Assembly (NCBI GenBank): GCA_020726325.1
Contig: DYST01000002.1
Location: 1 to 52,372 of the forward strand
Direction: 5' to 3'
DNA length: 52,372 bases
Source of the DNA: Thiomicrospira cyclica
GTDB lineage: Bacteria > Pseudomonadota > Gammaproteobacteria > Thiomicrospirales > Thiomicrospiraceae
The position numbers and the translations under genes are program-made. The notes under the pieces were generated by a model, which saw only the letters and a program-made list of their open reading frames with translations, did no database searches and was not told the DNA's origin. Shown here piece by piece: positions 20,128 to 29,830 of the stretch. Position 1 is the stretch's first letter. Every line of letters starts with the position of its first letter.

Positions 20128-22200
20128 ATGTCGTCAGCGCAACGCCGTCTGCTGGTTACCAGCGCCCTACCATATGCCAATGGTCCGATTCACCTAGGGC
20201 ATATGGTCGAATACATTCAAACGGATATCTGGGTGCGTTTTCAGAAGTTGATGGGACACAATTGCACCTACGTGTGTGCCGACGATGCACACGGCACACC
20301 AATTATGTTGCGTGCACAAAACGAAGGCATTACGCCAGAAACCTTGATTGGTCGTATTTGGCAAGAACACACACGCGACTTTTCTGGCTTTGGTATCGGT
20401 TTTGATCATTACCACAGCACCCACTCCGATGAAAATAAAGTATTAGCGCAAGGTATTTATATTAAACTGCGCGATGCTGGCTTAATTAGCGAAAAAGACA
20501 TTGAGCAAGCCTTTGACCCTGTTAAAGAAATGTTTTTACCTGATCGTTTCGTCAAAGGCGAATGCCCGAAATGCGGGGCAAGCGACCAATATGGCGACAG
20601 TTGTGAAAGCTGTGGTGCTACCTATAGCCCGCTTGACATGAAAAACCCTGTTTCGACCATTACAGGCGCAACACCGATTGCTAAAACCTCGCGTCACTAC
20701 TTTTTTGACTTGCCTAAATTACAAGAATGGTTATCAAACTGGATTCGTAGCGAGGGGCGCTTGCCGTCTCAGTTAGTCAACAAACTAGACGAATGGTTTA
20801 AAGATGACTTGCAAGCATGGGACATCTCGCGTGACGCGCCTTATTTTGGCTTTGAAATTCCTGATACGATCGATAAATTTTTCTATGTGTGGCTCGATGC
20901 CCCCATCGGCTACATGGGTAGCTTCCGTGCTTATTGCGACAAATCTGGCGTTAATTTCGATGATTATTGGAAAGCAGATAGTGATACCGAACTCTATCAT
21001 TTTATTGGTAAAGACATCGTTTATTTCCATACGCTATTTTGGCCGTCGATGTTACATGCAGCTGGCTATCGCACGCCGACTGCTGTGTTTGCGCATGGCT
21101 TTTTGACCGTTAACGGTCAGAAGATGTCAAAATCGCGTGGAACATTTGTGACAGCTGAAGCCTACCTAAAACACTTACCAGCACAAGCATTACGCTACTA
21201 TTTTGCAGCAAAATTATCGAGCCGTGTCGAAGATATTGATTTGAGCATGGAAGACTTTGTGCAGCGCGTCAATAGTGACTTAGTGGGTAAACTGGTGAAT
21301 ATTGCTAGTCGTTGTTCGGGCTTTGTGCATAAGTTTTTCGAGGGTAAGTTAGCAACATTAGATGCAGAACATAGCGCATTACTAACCCCTTATCAACAAG
21401 CTGGCGCGAATATCGCCAATTTATATGAACAACGAGAGTTTGCTCATGCCATGCGCGAAATTATGGCACTAGCGGATAATGCCAATGCGTGGATTGCCGA
21501 AGTCGCACCTTGGCAACAAGCCAAAGATGAAGCAAAGCGTGAGGCTTTGCATCAATCAACAACATTGGCGATCAATATTTTCCGCGTGCTCATGGTGTAT
21601 TTATCGCCCGTTTTACCAGAAATGGCTGCACAAGCACGCACTTTCTTAAATGAGGGTGGTTGGACTTGGCAGAGTGCGCAAACGGCATTAGAAGATCATG
21701 CCATTGCACCTTATTCTGCTCTATTTACCCGTTTAGAACTCAAACAAGTCGAGGCTATGATGACTGAAAATGCCGCCCAAGTTGCCGCCCAACCACAACA
21801 GAAACAGGAAACAACTACTGCCACTGTCGCACCTACAGCAATCGAAAAAACCGAATTGGCTTTAGAGCCGATTGCGGACGAAATCGCCATTGAAGACTTC
21901 ATGAAAATCGATTTGCGTGTGGCACGTATTGTTAAAGCTGAATCCGTTCCTGAAGCCGATAAACTCGTTAAGCTCACCTTAGATATTGGCGTTGGCACGC
22001 GTCAGGTATTTGCGGGCATTAAATCGGCTTACAGCCCGGAACAACTCGAAGGTCGATTGACGGTGATGGTTGCTAACCTCAAGCCACGCAAAATGCGTTT
22101 TGGCATGTCGGAAGGCATGGTACTCGCAGGCAGTGGCGATGGTGGACTTTATTTGTTAGCACCTGATTCGGGTGCGCAACCTGGGATGCGAGTGAAGTAA
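20128..22200 (+). CDS. metG: methionine--tRNA ligase
   Basis: 690-aa ORF with HIGH-type HLGH, zinc knuckles CPKCG...CESCG, KMSKSRG, and a C-terminal tRNA-binding (EMAP-like) domain. Confidence 0.97.
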   Translation: MSSAQRRLLVTSALPYANGPIHLGHMVEYIQTDIWVRFQKLMGHNCTYVCADDAHGTPIMLRAQNEGITPETLIGRIWQEHTRDFSGFGIGFDHYHSTHSDENKVLAQGIYIKLRDAGLISEKDIEQAFDPVKEMFLPDRFVKGECPKCGASDQYGDSCESCGATYSPLDMKNPVSTITGATPIAKTSRHYFFDLPKLQEWLSNWIRSEGRLPSQLVNKLDEWFKDDLQAWDISRDAPYFGFEIPDTIDKFFYVWLDAPIGYMGSFRAYCDKSGVNFDDYWKADSDTELYHFIGKDIVYFHTLFWPSMLHAAGYRTPTAVFAHGFLTVNGQKMSKSRGTFVTAEAYLKHLPAQALRYYFAAKLSSRVEDIDLSMEDFVQRVNSDLVGKLVNIASRCSGFVHKFFEGKLATLDAEHSALLTPYQQAGANIANLYEQREFAHAMREIMALADNANAWIAEVAPWQQAKDEAKREALHQSTTLAINIFRVLMVYLSPVLPEMAAQARTFLNEGGWTWQSAQTALEDHAIAPYSALFTRLELKQVEAMMTENAAQVAAQPQQKQETTTATVAPTAIEKTELALEPIADEIAIEDFMKIDLRVARIVKAESVPEADKLVKLTLDIGVGTRQVFAGIKSAYSPEQLEGRLTVMVANLKPRKMRFGMSEGMVLAGSGDGGLYLLAPDSGAQPGMRVK

Positions 22201-22227
22201 GGTTATCGTAGTAAGGATGACATCTCA

Positions 22228-23052
22228 ATGAGTAAAGAAGGCGTTTCATTAGCTATAAAAAATGTTGTTAGCGATATGATGGAGAAGGTTTTAGAAAATG
22301 TTCTGATTAAGAATCCGTTCATTGTAGAGCAACATCATGCGTCAAAGCCTTTATATGCTGCACTTGTACCTGATGAAATTTTTAAAGGTTCTCATTTTGA
22401 ACGGCGTTTTGTTACGCCTTTTGGGGGTGTTTGGGAAAAACTAGCCCAAGTTGTGGCGCAAGAAGCACACGGTTTCAGCGCAACACAACATACTATTTCG
22501 GGACAAATAAGCGATGAAAGACTACGCAGAATACAAGAAACACTTAATAACTTAGAAAATAAAAAAACAAAGCAAAAACCAAGTTGGCAACAAGAGTTAG
22601 ACTATATTTTAGCAGGTGATGGTGAGCTAATTCCTGTCACGGTTATTTGCGACTTATATATAGAAAACTTGGTTACCAACAAGAAATATGCCTTTGAACT
22701 TAAAGGACCTTTGCCCAATAGCGATCAGACAAAGGTCAGTAAAGAAAAGTTATTTAAATTATTAGCAATGGAAATCCCACAAGTTGATCATGCTTACTTT
22801 GCATTGCCTTACAATCCATATGGCTCAAAAGAAAGTTATACTTGGTCATTTCCTAAAAGATGGTTTGATATGCAACATGATGATTGCGTATTAATCGCGG
22901 AAGAATTTTGGAATTTAATTGGTGGCGATGGGACTTATACAAATTTTATTTCCGAAATCAATGCTCTTGGAAGTGAATACAAAGAAAGGATATATCGAGA
23001 ATTTCTAGGAATAGAACCTCCTGAGAGTAGCAATACAGGTTTTTTAAGATAA
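22228..23052 (+). CDS. putative type II restriction endonuclease (PD-(D/E)xK; possibly TdeIII-like family)
   Basis: 274-aa ORF with a D142-x14-E157-L-K159 motif (VICDLYIEN...YAFELKG). It overlaps the C5-MTase start by 1 nt (TAATG) and is AT-rich like its partner. The family assignment is from memory only. Confidence 0.5.
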   Translation: MSKEGVSLAIKNVVSDMMEKVLENVLIKNPFIVEQHHASKPLYAALVPDEIFKGSHFERRFVTPFGGVWEKLAQVVAQEAHGFSATQHTISGQISDERLRRIQETLNNLENKKTKQKPSWQQELDYILAGDGELIPVTVICDLYIENLVTNKKYAFELKGPLPNSDQTKVSKEKLFKLLAMEIPQVDHAYFALPYNPYGSKESYTWSFPKRWFDMQHDDCVLIAEEFWNLIGGDGTYTNFISEINALGSEYKERIYREFLGIEPPESSNTGFLR

Positions 23053-24671
23053 TGAACGATAAAACAAAGTTCACGTTTATTGACCTTTTTTCTGGTATTG
23101 GTGGTTTTCGATTAGCCCTAGAGTCTGTGGGTGGCTGTTGCATCGGTTTTAGTGAAATCAACACTGATGCGATTAACACCTACACACTTAATTTTTCAGA
23201 GAAAAAAGAACTTAACTTAGGTGATATCACGAAGATTCATGACTTGCCACCTCACGACTTATTAACTGCTGGTGTTCCTTGCCAAAGTTGGTCTATTGCA
23301 GGAAAAAATTTAGGTTTTGATGATGATCGTGGTCAGCTTTGGAATGATACAATCTACTTGTTAAATAAAGCAAAACCAAAAGCTTTTATCTTTGAAAACG
23401 TCAAGGGGTTAGCGGATCCTAGAAATAAAGATGCTTTAGCTTACATTATGCAAAGGATTAAAGATGCAGGATACCATGCTAATTATTATGTCTTAAATTC
23501 TTTTGATTATGGCGTACCACAAAGCAGAGTAAGAATTTATATTATTGGTTTTTTAGAAGCTCGTTTTCATGACAAGTTTTCACTTCCAGAAAATAATATT
23601 GGTTATATAAGGTTAAAAGATATTATAAAAGAATATCAATTTTTAAGTTTTTCAGAGACTCGTGCAGATACAGCAACAAAAAAACAAGGCATGAGCTTAT
23701 CTAGCAATAACAATGGTCATAATGATTACTTTTTATTCAATGATTTAAGAGATGGTGATACGACAATTCACTCTTGGGACATATTAGAAACGACTGAACG
23801 TCAAAAGCATATTTGTTTATTACTACTCAAAAATAGAAGAAAAAAACTATATGGTAATTTAGATGGAAACCCATTATCGATTACGCACTTTCAAAATTTA
23901 GATAAAACAATAACATTAGATGAAATTAACGATCTTATCAAACTCAATATTCTAAAGCAAATTAATTATTCATTTAAAATAAATAAAAAAATAGAAAAAT
24001 TATTAGGCGATAATGAAAAACTATTGCTATCTTATATGCATACTGACATCTTTTCAATGTGCGACTTAAAAATAAAGAAAACACTGAAAAATATAAAACT
24101 TTCAGAAACATTGGCATCATTGCGTGAGAAATCAATGATCGACTGTATCGAAGTAAGATATGATTTTAAGAACAGCAAAATTAGTACTGGACTTTTTGGT
24201 ATTAATAGAATTTTCTTGCTAACATCAAATATTTTTCCAACTTTAGTGGCAAGTGATTCAAATGATTATATTTCAACTCACAAAATTGAAGCAAAAAATA
24301 AAGAAGAATATAAACAAGAATTTATCAAAGAAGTGTATCAGAAAAAAAACTTTAGAAAGATAAAAAAAGAAGAAGCATGTTTGATTCAAGGATTTCCTGA
24401 AACTTATCAATTATCAGATAATCGATCGGTATGGATGAGACTGATTGGTAATAGCGTCTCAGTCCCTGTTATTAAGTTATTAGCAGATTCTATTATTAAA
24501 ACAGGTGTATTTAATTCTCAAGTAGAAAAAAGCATTATTGCTGATGAACATATTCAACAAAACATTAAAACACACGTTATTGCCCAGCTCCCTTTATTTC
24601 CTGACAAGACTTCAACGCCCTATTTACAAAATGTGAACAATCCAATGAATCATGAGATAACAAGCGCATGA
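23052..24671 (+). CDS. DNA (cytosine-5)-methyltransferase with oversized variable region
   Basis: 539-aa ORF with canonical C5-MTase motifs in order: [67 protein letters not shown]. About 268 aa separate motifs VIII and IX. Confidence 0.9.
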   Translation: MNDKTKFTFIDLFSGIGGFRLALESVGGCCIGFSEINTDAINTYTLNFSEKKELNLGDITKIHDLPPHDLLTAGVPCQSWSIAGKNLGFDDDRGQLWNDTIYLLNKAKPKAFIFENVKGLADPRNKDALAYIMQRIKDAGYHANYYVLNSFDYGVPQSRVRIYIIGFLEARFHDKFSLPENNIGYIRLKDIIKEYQFLSFSETRADTATKKQGMSLSSNNNGHNDYFLFNDLRDGDTTIHSWDILETTERQKHICLLLLKNRRKKLYGNLDGNPLSITHFQNLDKTITLDEINDLIKLNILKQINYSFKINKKIEKLLGDNEKLLLSYMHTDIFSMCDLKIKKTLKNIKLSETLASLREKSMIDCIEVRYDFKNSKISTGLFGINRIFLLTSNIFPTLVASDSNDYISTHKIEAKNKEEYKQEFIKEVYQKKNFRKIKKEEACLIQGFPETYQLSDNRSVWMRLIGNSVSVPVIKLLADSIIKTGVFNSQVEKSIIADEHIQQNIKTHVIAQLPLFPDKTSTPYLQNVNNPMNHEITSA

Positions 24672-25246
24672 GCGACATTGTTTTTATCCTCATCAGTACC
24701 GTTCTGGTGAATAACTTTGTACTGGTTAAGTTCTTAGGACTTTGCCCTTTTATGGGTGTGTCTAAAAAAGCGGATAGTGCGCTGGGCATGGGGTTAGCGA
24801 CAACCTTTGTCCTGACCTTATCCAGTATTTTGTCTTATCTCGTGCATACTTACCTGTTAGTGCCTTTTGATATTGAATTTTTACGCACGGTTGCCTTTAT
24901 TCTCACCATTGCAACCGTTGTTGGTTTTACCGAGGTAGCAATGCGTAAATTATCCCCCATGCTTTACTCTATTTTAGGGATTTATTTACCGCTCATTACC
25001 ACAAACTGCATTGTTTTAGGCGTGGTAATGATTAATGTACAGGAACAGCATAATCTATTACAAGCTGGACTATATGGCTTTGGTGCAGGCGTTGGCTTTG
25101 CACTTGTTTTAGCCCTATTTGCCAGCCTACGCGAACGTATTGCCGTTGCCGATGTTCCAGTTGCCTTTCAAGGAAGTGCGATTGCTTTGGTCACTGCTGG
25201 TATTATGTCGATGGCGTTCATGGGCTTTGCAGGATTGGTAAAGTGA
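24668..25246 (+). CDS. rnfA: Rnf/Rsx electron transport complex subunit A
   Basis: 192-aa polytopic ORF containing [23 protein letters not shown]. Its ATG overlaps the MTase stop (ATGA). Confidence 0.95.
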   Translation: MSDIVFILISTVLVNNFVLVKFLGLCPFMGVSKKADSALGMGLATTFVLTLSSILSYLVHTYLLVPFDIEFLRTVAFILTIATVVGFTEVAMRKLSPMLYSILGIYLPLITTNCIVLGVVMINVQEQHNLLQAGLYGFGAGVGFALVLALFASLRERIAVADVPVAFQGSAIALVTAGIMSMAFMGFAGLVK

Positions 25247-25797
25247 GTGAAGTCGGTGCGATTATTCTTTTTACACTCTTAGCATTAGGCTTTGGTGCGT
25301 TACTCGCTTGGGCAGCGAAACGCTTTCATATTGATGGTAATCCCTTAGTTGGGCAAATCGATGCCATCCTGCCACAAACCCAATGCGCACAATGTGGTTA
25401 CCCTGGATGCAAACCTTACGCGCAAGCGATTGCTAATGATGAAGCGGATATTAACCTGTGCGTTCCAGGTGGCGAAGAAGTGGTGATTGCCCTATCAGAA
25501 CTGACAGGTAAAGAAATCAAGCCTGTCATCGCAGAAGCAAAACCCAAAATGTTCGCTTTTATTAAAGAAGAAGACTGCATTGGTTGTGTGAAATGTATTA
25601 CCGCCTGCCCTGTCGATGCGATTGTTGGTGCTGCTAAATTTACCCATACTGTCATTACGCACGAATGTACAGGCTGTGAGTTGTGTATTCCTGTCTGCCC
25701 AACCGATTGCATTATCATGGTTGAACCCACCATCACACAGGGTAATTGGCAATGGCCAAAACCAGCTGGACCGATTGGCGAAGGAGTCACGTCATGA
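25243..25797 (+). CDS. rnfB: Rnf/Rsx complex subunit B (Fe-S)
   Basis: 184-aa ORF with an N-terminal TM helix, a CAQCGYPGC cluster, and two 4Fe-4S ferredoxin motifs ([24 protein letters not shown]). It has a GTGA overlap with rnfA. Confidence 0.95.
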   Translation: MSEVGAIILFTLLALGFGALLAWAAKRFHIDGNPLVGQIDAILPQTQCAQCGYPGCKPYAQAIANDEADINLCVPGGEEVVIALSELTGKEIKPVIAEAKPKMFAFIKEEDCIGCVKCITACPVDAIVGAAKFTHTVITHECTGCELCIPVCPTDCIIMVEPTITQGNWQWPKPAGPIGEGVTS

Positions 25798-27311
25798 TGA
25801 TCGGACAACTGGTCGAAAAAATCGATACATGGTTGCATCGATTGCGTGAAAAGGTTAATTTTCATGGTGGTGTTCATCCAGCGCAAAATAAACTGATTTC
25901 AACGCAACAGCCAATTCAAACACTACCATTTGCTGAAAAACTCATCTTACCACTGAATCAACATATCGGTCCTGAGTCTGTGCCTTTGGTGAAAGTTGGT
26001 CAGCATGTCTTAGCAGGTGAAATGATTGCACGCTGCGCCCCTCCCTTGGGTGTGCCTTTGCATGCACCAACATCGGGCACAATTACCGATATTGGTGACT
26101 ACCCTATTGCTCATGCTTCTGGCATTTTTAGTCGCAGTATTGTGCTCACACCCGATGGTCTTAATAAAATGGCAGTATTTACCCCACGCCATATCCCGAC
26201 TAGCCCACAAAGCCTGAAAGCGATTTTATTGCACTCTGGTATTATTGGCATGGGTGGTGCAGGCTTTCCTAGCTTTCGTAAAATTGCCAATCATAAAGGT
26301 CAAATTCATACCCTAATTGTCAATGGTGCTGAGTGTGAGCCCTTTATTACTTGTGATGATATGCTGATGCGCGAACGTCCTACTGCTATTATCGAAGGCG
26401 CACTTATGGTCGCTAACGCCCTTGGCGCAATGCGTGTTCTCATTGGTATTGAAGACAACAAACCTGAAGCCTTCGCGGCGCTGATGCTTGCCAAGAAAAC
26501 ATCAACGATTAACCTCGAAATTGTGCAAGTACCAACCATTTACCCGATGGGTAGCTCCGATCAGCTCATTACCCAATTAACAGGGCAAGAAGTACCAAGC
26601 GATGGGCGAAGCAGTGACTTGGGTTTAATTATGTTTAACGTCGCCACCCTTGCTGCCGTTTATGATGCGGTCAGCGTTGGTAATCCAGTCTTAAATCGTG
26701 TTGTTACCATGACAGGCTTTGCCATCGACAAACCGTGTAATGTCGAAGTCCCAATTGGCACACCCTTTGAACATCTTGTGCACTGGGCAGGACTAAAACA
26801 ACAAAATGCACAATGGCTCATGGGCGGTCCTATGATGGGTATTCCTGTTACTAATTTTCAAACCCCTGTCATTAAAACAACGAATTGTATTTTAGTTAAT
26901 CCGCCTGAACCCGAAGCCGAAATTCTACCCTGCATCCGTTGTGGTGCATGTATGGACGCTTGCCCGATTAATCTGTTACCGCAACAGCTTTATTGGCATG
27001 CCAAAGCAAATGAACTCGAAAAACTCGAAGCTTTGCACCTTAAAGATTGTATTGAATGCGGGTGTTGTGCTTACGTCTGTCCCAGTCATATCCCGTTAGT
27101 GCAATATTATCGCCACGGCAAAGTCGCAGTTCGCACTGCCAATGCCGATAAAGCAGCCGCTCAATACGCCAAACAACGTCACGAAGCCCAGTTAGCACGT
27201 CGCGCAGCCGACGAAAAAGAACGTAGCGAACGCCTCGCCGCTAAACGTGCCGCCATGATGGCTGCAGATGAGGCAGCTCAAGCAGCAGAAGCACCAAAGG
27301 AACTCACTTAA
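25794..27311 (+). CDS. rnfC: Rnf/Rsx complex subunit C
   Basis: The track ORF is trimmed to the ATG at 25794, which has AAGGAG 7 nt upstream and an ATGA overlap with rnfB. It contains GMGGAGFP, two 4Fe-4S motifs ([24 protein letters not shown]) and an Ala/Glu-rich tail. Confidence 0.93.
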   Translation: MMIGQLVEKIDTWLHRLREKVNFHGGVHPAQNKLISTQQPIQTLPFAEKLILPLNQHIGPESVPLVKVGQHVLAGEMIARCAPPLGVPLHAPTSGTITDIGDYPIAHASGIFSRSIVLTPDGLNKMAVFTPRHIPTSPQSLKAILLHSGIIGMGGAGFPSFRKIANHKGQIHTLIVNGAECEPFITCDDMLMRERPTAIIEGALMVANALGAMRVLIGIEDNKPEAFAALMLAKKTSTINLEIVQVPTIYPMGSSDQLITQLTGQEVPSDGRSSDLGLIMFNVATLAAVYDAVSVGNPVLNRVVTMTGFAIDKPCNVEVPIGTPFEHLVHWAGLKQQNAQWLMGGPMMGIPVTNFQTPVIKTTNCILVNPPEPEAEILPCIRCGACMDACPINLLPQQLYWHAKANELEKLEALHLKDCIECGCCAYVCPSHIPLVQYYRHGKVAVRTANADKAAAQYAKQRHEAQLARRAADEKERSERLAAKRAAMMAADEAAQAAEAPKELT

Positions 27312-28366
27312 TGAATCGATTACAATCATCTCCCTACAACTGGGGACAGCAAAATGTCCGCCAAGTGATGTTTACCGTACAACTGGCTGCAACGCCTGCC
27401 CTGTTTGTCCATGCCTACTTTTTTGGTATTGGTATTTTTATCCAGATGCTGATTGCCTTAACCGTTGCCCTGAGCGCCGAAGCCGCTATGCTCTATCTGC
27501 GCAACAAACCGATTAAACCTTATTTAACTGACTGGTCAATTATTTTAACCGCGCTCGATATTGTTTTTTGTTTACCACCTACCTCTCCGTGGTGGATTGT
27601 TGCCAGTGCGGTGCTATTTGCAGTCATTTTAGCGAAGCACGTATTTGGTGGCTTGGGTTATAACATTTTTAATCCCGCGATGGCAGGCTACGCCTTTGTG
27701 CTGATTTCTTTTCCAGCCGTCATGACTGTTTGGCACTTGCCCAATGCGCTCATCGCCAATCCGCTCGATGCGTGGCAAACCGTTCAGCTTATTTTTACCA
27801 GCACCTTGCCCGATAGTATCAATATTGATGCACTGACAGGGGCAACCCCCTTAGAAGCAACTCGCACAGGATTATTAAACGAGCAAACGCTCAGTAGTAT
27901 CTTTAATCATGAAGTGATTTTTCAAGGTGGACAATTAGCGAATAGTTCTTTTTGGATGAATATCAGCTTTTTGCTGGGTGGCTTATTTTTACTCTATCGT
28001 GGTGTGATTCGCTGGCAAATGCCTGTTGGCTTTTTGCTGGCAATGACACTACTCGCAAGCATGTTTCATGAAATTAACCCCGAACGCTACGCCAGTCTGA
28101 GCTTTCATCTTTTTTCTGGCGCGACCATGTTGGCAGCATTTTTCATCATTACCGACCCAGTTACAGGCAGTACCACCCCAAGCGGACGCTTGTATTTTGG
28201 ACTTGGTGCGGGTGTTTTGGTATATGTCATTCGTACATGGGGTGGCTATGCTGATGCCGTTGCCTTTGCGGTACTACTCATGAATATGCTTGCGCCTTGG
28301 ATTGATGCCATGACTGTGCCACGTGTTTATGGGCATGGTATAGCGAGTAAGCCGCATGAACATTAA
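27311..28366 (+). CDS. rnfD: Rnf/Rsx complex subunit D
   Basis: 351-aa polytopic ORF with the FMN-attachment context DALTGATPL. It has a TAATG overlap with rnfC. Confidence 0.93.
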   Translation: MNRLQSSPYNWGQQNVRQVMFTVQLAATPALFVHAYFFGIGIFIQMLIALTVALSAEAAMLYLRNKPIKPYLTDWSIILTALDIVFCLPPTSPWWIVASAVLFAVILAKHVFGGLGYNIFNPAMAGYAFVLISFPAVMTVWHLPNALIANPLDAWQTVQLIFTSTLPDSINIDALTGATPLEATRTGLLNEQTLSSIFNHEVIFQGGQLANSSFWMNISFLLGGLFLLYRGVIRWQMPVGFLLAMTLLASMFHEINPERYASLSFHLFSGATMLAAFFIITDPVTGSTTPSGRLYFGLGAGVLVYVIRTWGGYADAVAFAVLLMNMLAPWIDAMTVPRVYGHGIASKPHEH

Positions 28367-28985
28367 ATCGATGTTACGCCCTGCCTTGATCCTCGCTGCA
28401 TTTGCTGCTGGTGCTGCGATATTGTTAGCACTTGTCTATCACAATGCAGCGCCAATTTTGGCACAACATCAACAAGAAGCCTTATTGGCACAGCTCAATA
28501 GCCTCATTCCTGCCAATCGTTATAACAATGACCTAACAACAGATACGCTTGATGTAACCGCCCCCACATTAGACGCAAAAAAACCTGTCAGGATTTTTCG
28601 AGCGCGTTTAGATAATAAACCCATTGCCAGTTTATTATTAGTCACAGCCCCCAACGGCTATAGCGGTGACATTCATTTGCTCGTTGCGATTTGGGCAAAT
28701 GGCAGCGTCGCAGGTGTGCGCGTCTTATCACATAAAGAAACCCCTGGACTGGGGGACTATATTGAGGATAAACGCAGTCCGTGGGTGCATCAGTTTGAAG
28801 GCAAATCATTGAAAGAACCTGCTCCAGAACGCTGGAAAGTGAAAAAAGATGGCGGTATGTTTACTTACAATACAGGGGCGACCATTACCCCACGTGCGAT
28901 TGTTGGTGCAATAACGCGCACGCTAAGATGGGTGTCAGAACATCAAGATATCGTTTACCAAAACAAAACAGGAGCGCGACCATGA
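28356..28985 (+). CDS. rnfG: Rnf/Rsx complex subunit G
   Basis: 209-aa ORF with an N-terminal anchor and an FMN-binding domain (HKETPGLGD ... TGATITPRA). Confidence 0.92.
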   Translation: MNIKSMLRPALILAAFAAGAAILLALVYHNAAPILAQHQQEALLAQLNSLIPANRYNNDLTTDTLDVTAPTLDAKKPVRIFRARLDNKPIASLLLVTAPNGYSGDIHLLVAIWANGSVAGVRVLSHKETPGLGDYIEDKRSPWVHQFEGKSLKEPAPERWKVKKDGGMFTYNTGATITPRAIVGAITRTLRWVSEHQDIVYQNKTGARP

Positions 28986-29686
28986 ATGAGCGCATGTTGG
29001 GCTATCGCAAAATTTTTATGGATGGCATTTGGCACAATAACCACGCCCTCGTTGCCTTGCTTGGATTATGTCCCCTGCTTGCAGTGAGTAATAATGTGGT
29101 CAATGCGTTAGGATTAGGAATTGCCACAACCTTTGTCCTTGTTATGTCGAATGTTAGTATTTCACTCATTCGTTCTTGGATTACAGCAGAGATTCGTATT
29201 CCTGTTTATGTCACGGTGATTGCTGCCCTCGTCACCGCAGTCGATGTCATCATGGAAGTGATGATGCCCAGCCTACACCTTGTACTGGGTATTTTTATCC
29301 CACTGATTGTCACCAACTGTATTATTTTGGCACGTGCTGAAGGCTTTGCCAGTAAAAATACCGTTGACCTTGCCTTTATTGATGGCATTGCCATTGGTCT
29401 AGGGTTTACCCTTGCCTTGGTATTCTTGGGCGGGATGCGTGAGCTGTTAGGCAATGGTACCTTGTTCGCACAAGCCAATATGCTCTTTGGCAGTGTGGCG
29501 GATAACTGGACAATTCATGTTTTGCATTTGGACTATGGCGTGTTGCTGGCAATTTTACCGCCAGGAGCGTTTATCGGGCTAGGGCTAATGATTGCCGCGA
29601 CCAATATCATCAAAGCGAAACAAAAGAAAAAACAACAGCAAACGATTAGTGTGGCGATTACAGATATTGGGTTGGTGACGAAATAA
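28982..29686 (+). CDS. rnfE: Rnf/Rsx complex subunit E
   Basis: The track ORF is trimmed to the ATG at 28982 (ATGA overlap with rnfG). It contains NNHALVALLGLCPLLAVS and IPLIVTNCIILARAE, typical of RnfE. Confidence 0.93.
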   Translation: MNERMLGYRKIFMDGIWHNNHALVALLGLCPLLAVSNNVVNALGLGIATTFVLVMSNVSISLIRSWITAEIRIPVYVTVIAALVTAVDVIMEVMMPSLHLVLGIFIPLIVTNCIILARAEGFASKNTVDLAFIDGIAIGLGFTLALVFLGGMRELLGNGTLFAQANMLFGSVADNWTIHVLHLDYGVLLAILPPGAFIGLGLMIAATNIIKAKQKKKQQQTISVAITDIGLVTK

Positions 29687-29705
29687 CGCGATACCCTCAT
29701 CTTAA

Positions 29706-29726
29706 CCTTCTCCCAGAGGGAGAAGG
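29706..29726. repeat. G/C-rich hairpin (REP-like) just after rnfE
   Basis: CCTTCTCCC-aga-GGGAGAAGG, a perfect 9-bp stem with a 3-nt loop and no T-tract. Confidence 0.55.
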
Positions 29727-29751
29727 AATCTCGCAGTAAAGCGCCACTACC

Positions 29752-29775
29752 CTTAGCATGGCAATACATGCTAAG
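29752..29775. repeat. perfect 9-bp hairpin
   Basis: CTTAGCATG-gcaata-CATGCTAAG. Confidence 0.5.
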
Positions 29776-29788
29776 ATAAGCTACAAAC

Positions 29789-29817
29789 TTAGACTTGTGA
29801 GTCTAATGCACTAAAAT
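29789..29817 (+). promoter_or_regulatory. candidate promoter of the efflux operon with overlapping palindromic operator
   Basis: TTAGAC (29789-29794), 17 nt, TAAAAT (29812-29817). The palindrome TTAGACT-tgtg-AGTCTAA (29789-29806) covers the -35 element and the spacer. Confidence 0.4.
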
Positions 29818-29830
29818 AAATAGGTATGAT

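Noticed and set aside
23052-24671. Whether the 539-aa C5-MTase is a pseudogene or a fusion of two genes, given the low-complexity middle.
   Set aside because: It is a single uninterrupted frame with all catalytic motifs I-X in canonical order and spacing on both sides of the long region. No internal stop or frame change is visible.
25416-25886. 156-aa minus-strand ORF antisense to rnfB/rnfC. Similar long antisense ORFs occur at 35490-35861, 36441-36938, 7294-7647, 40904-41185 and 44313-44690.
   Set aside because: Each lies entirely inside a confidently identified gene on the other strand. They have no recognisable motifs or RBS and show low-complexity Ser/Thr/Cys-rich composition typical of shadow ORFs.
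24668-29686. Whether the rnf cluster indicates nitrogen fixation, or an accessory or novel system.
   Set aside because: Its gene order (ABCDGE), motifs and couplings are standard for the Rnf/Rsx operon that is common in gammaproteobacteria. No nif or fix genes are in the window.
29533-29769. 78-aa minus-strand ORF spanning the rnfE 3' end and the hairpin region.
   Set aside because: It is mostly antisense to rnfE, and its 5' part is made of palindromic spacer sequence. It has no RBS or motif.
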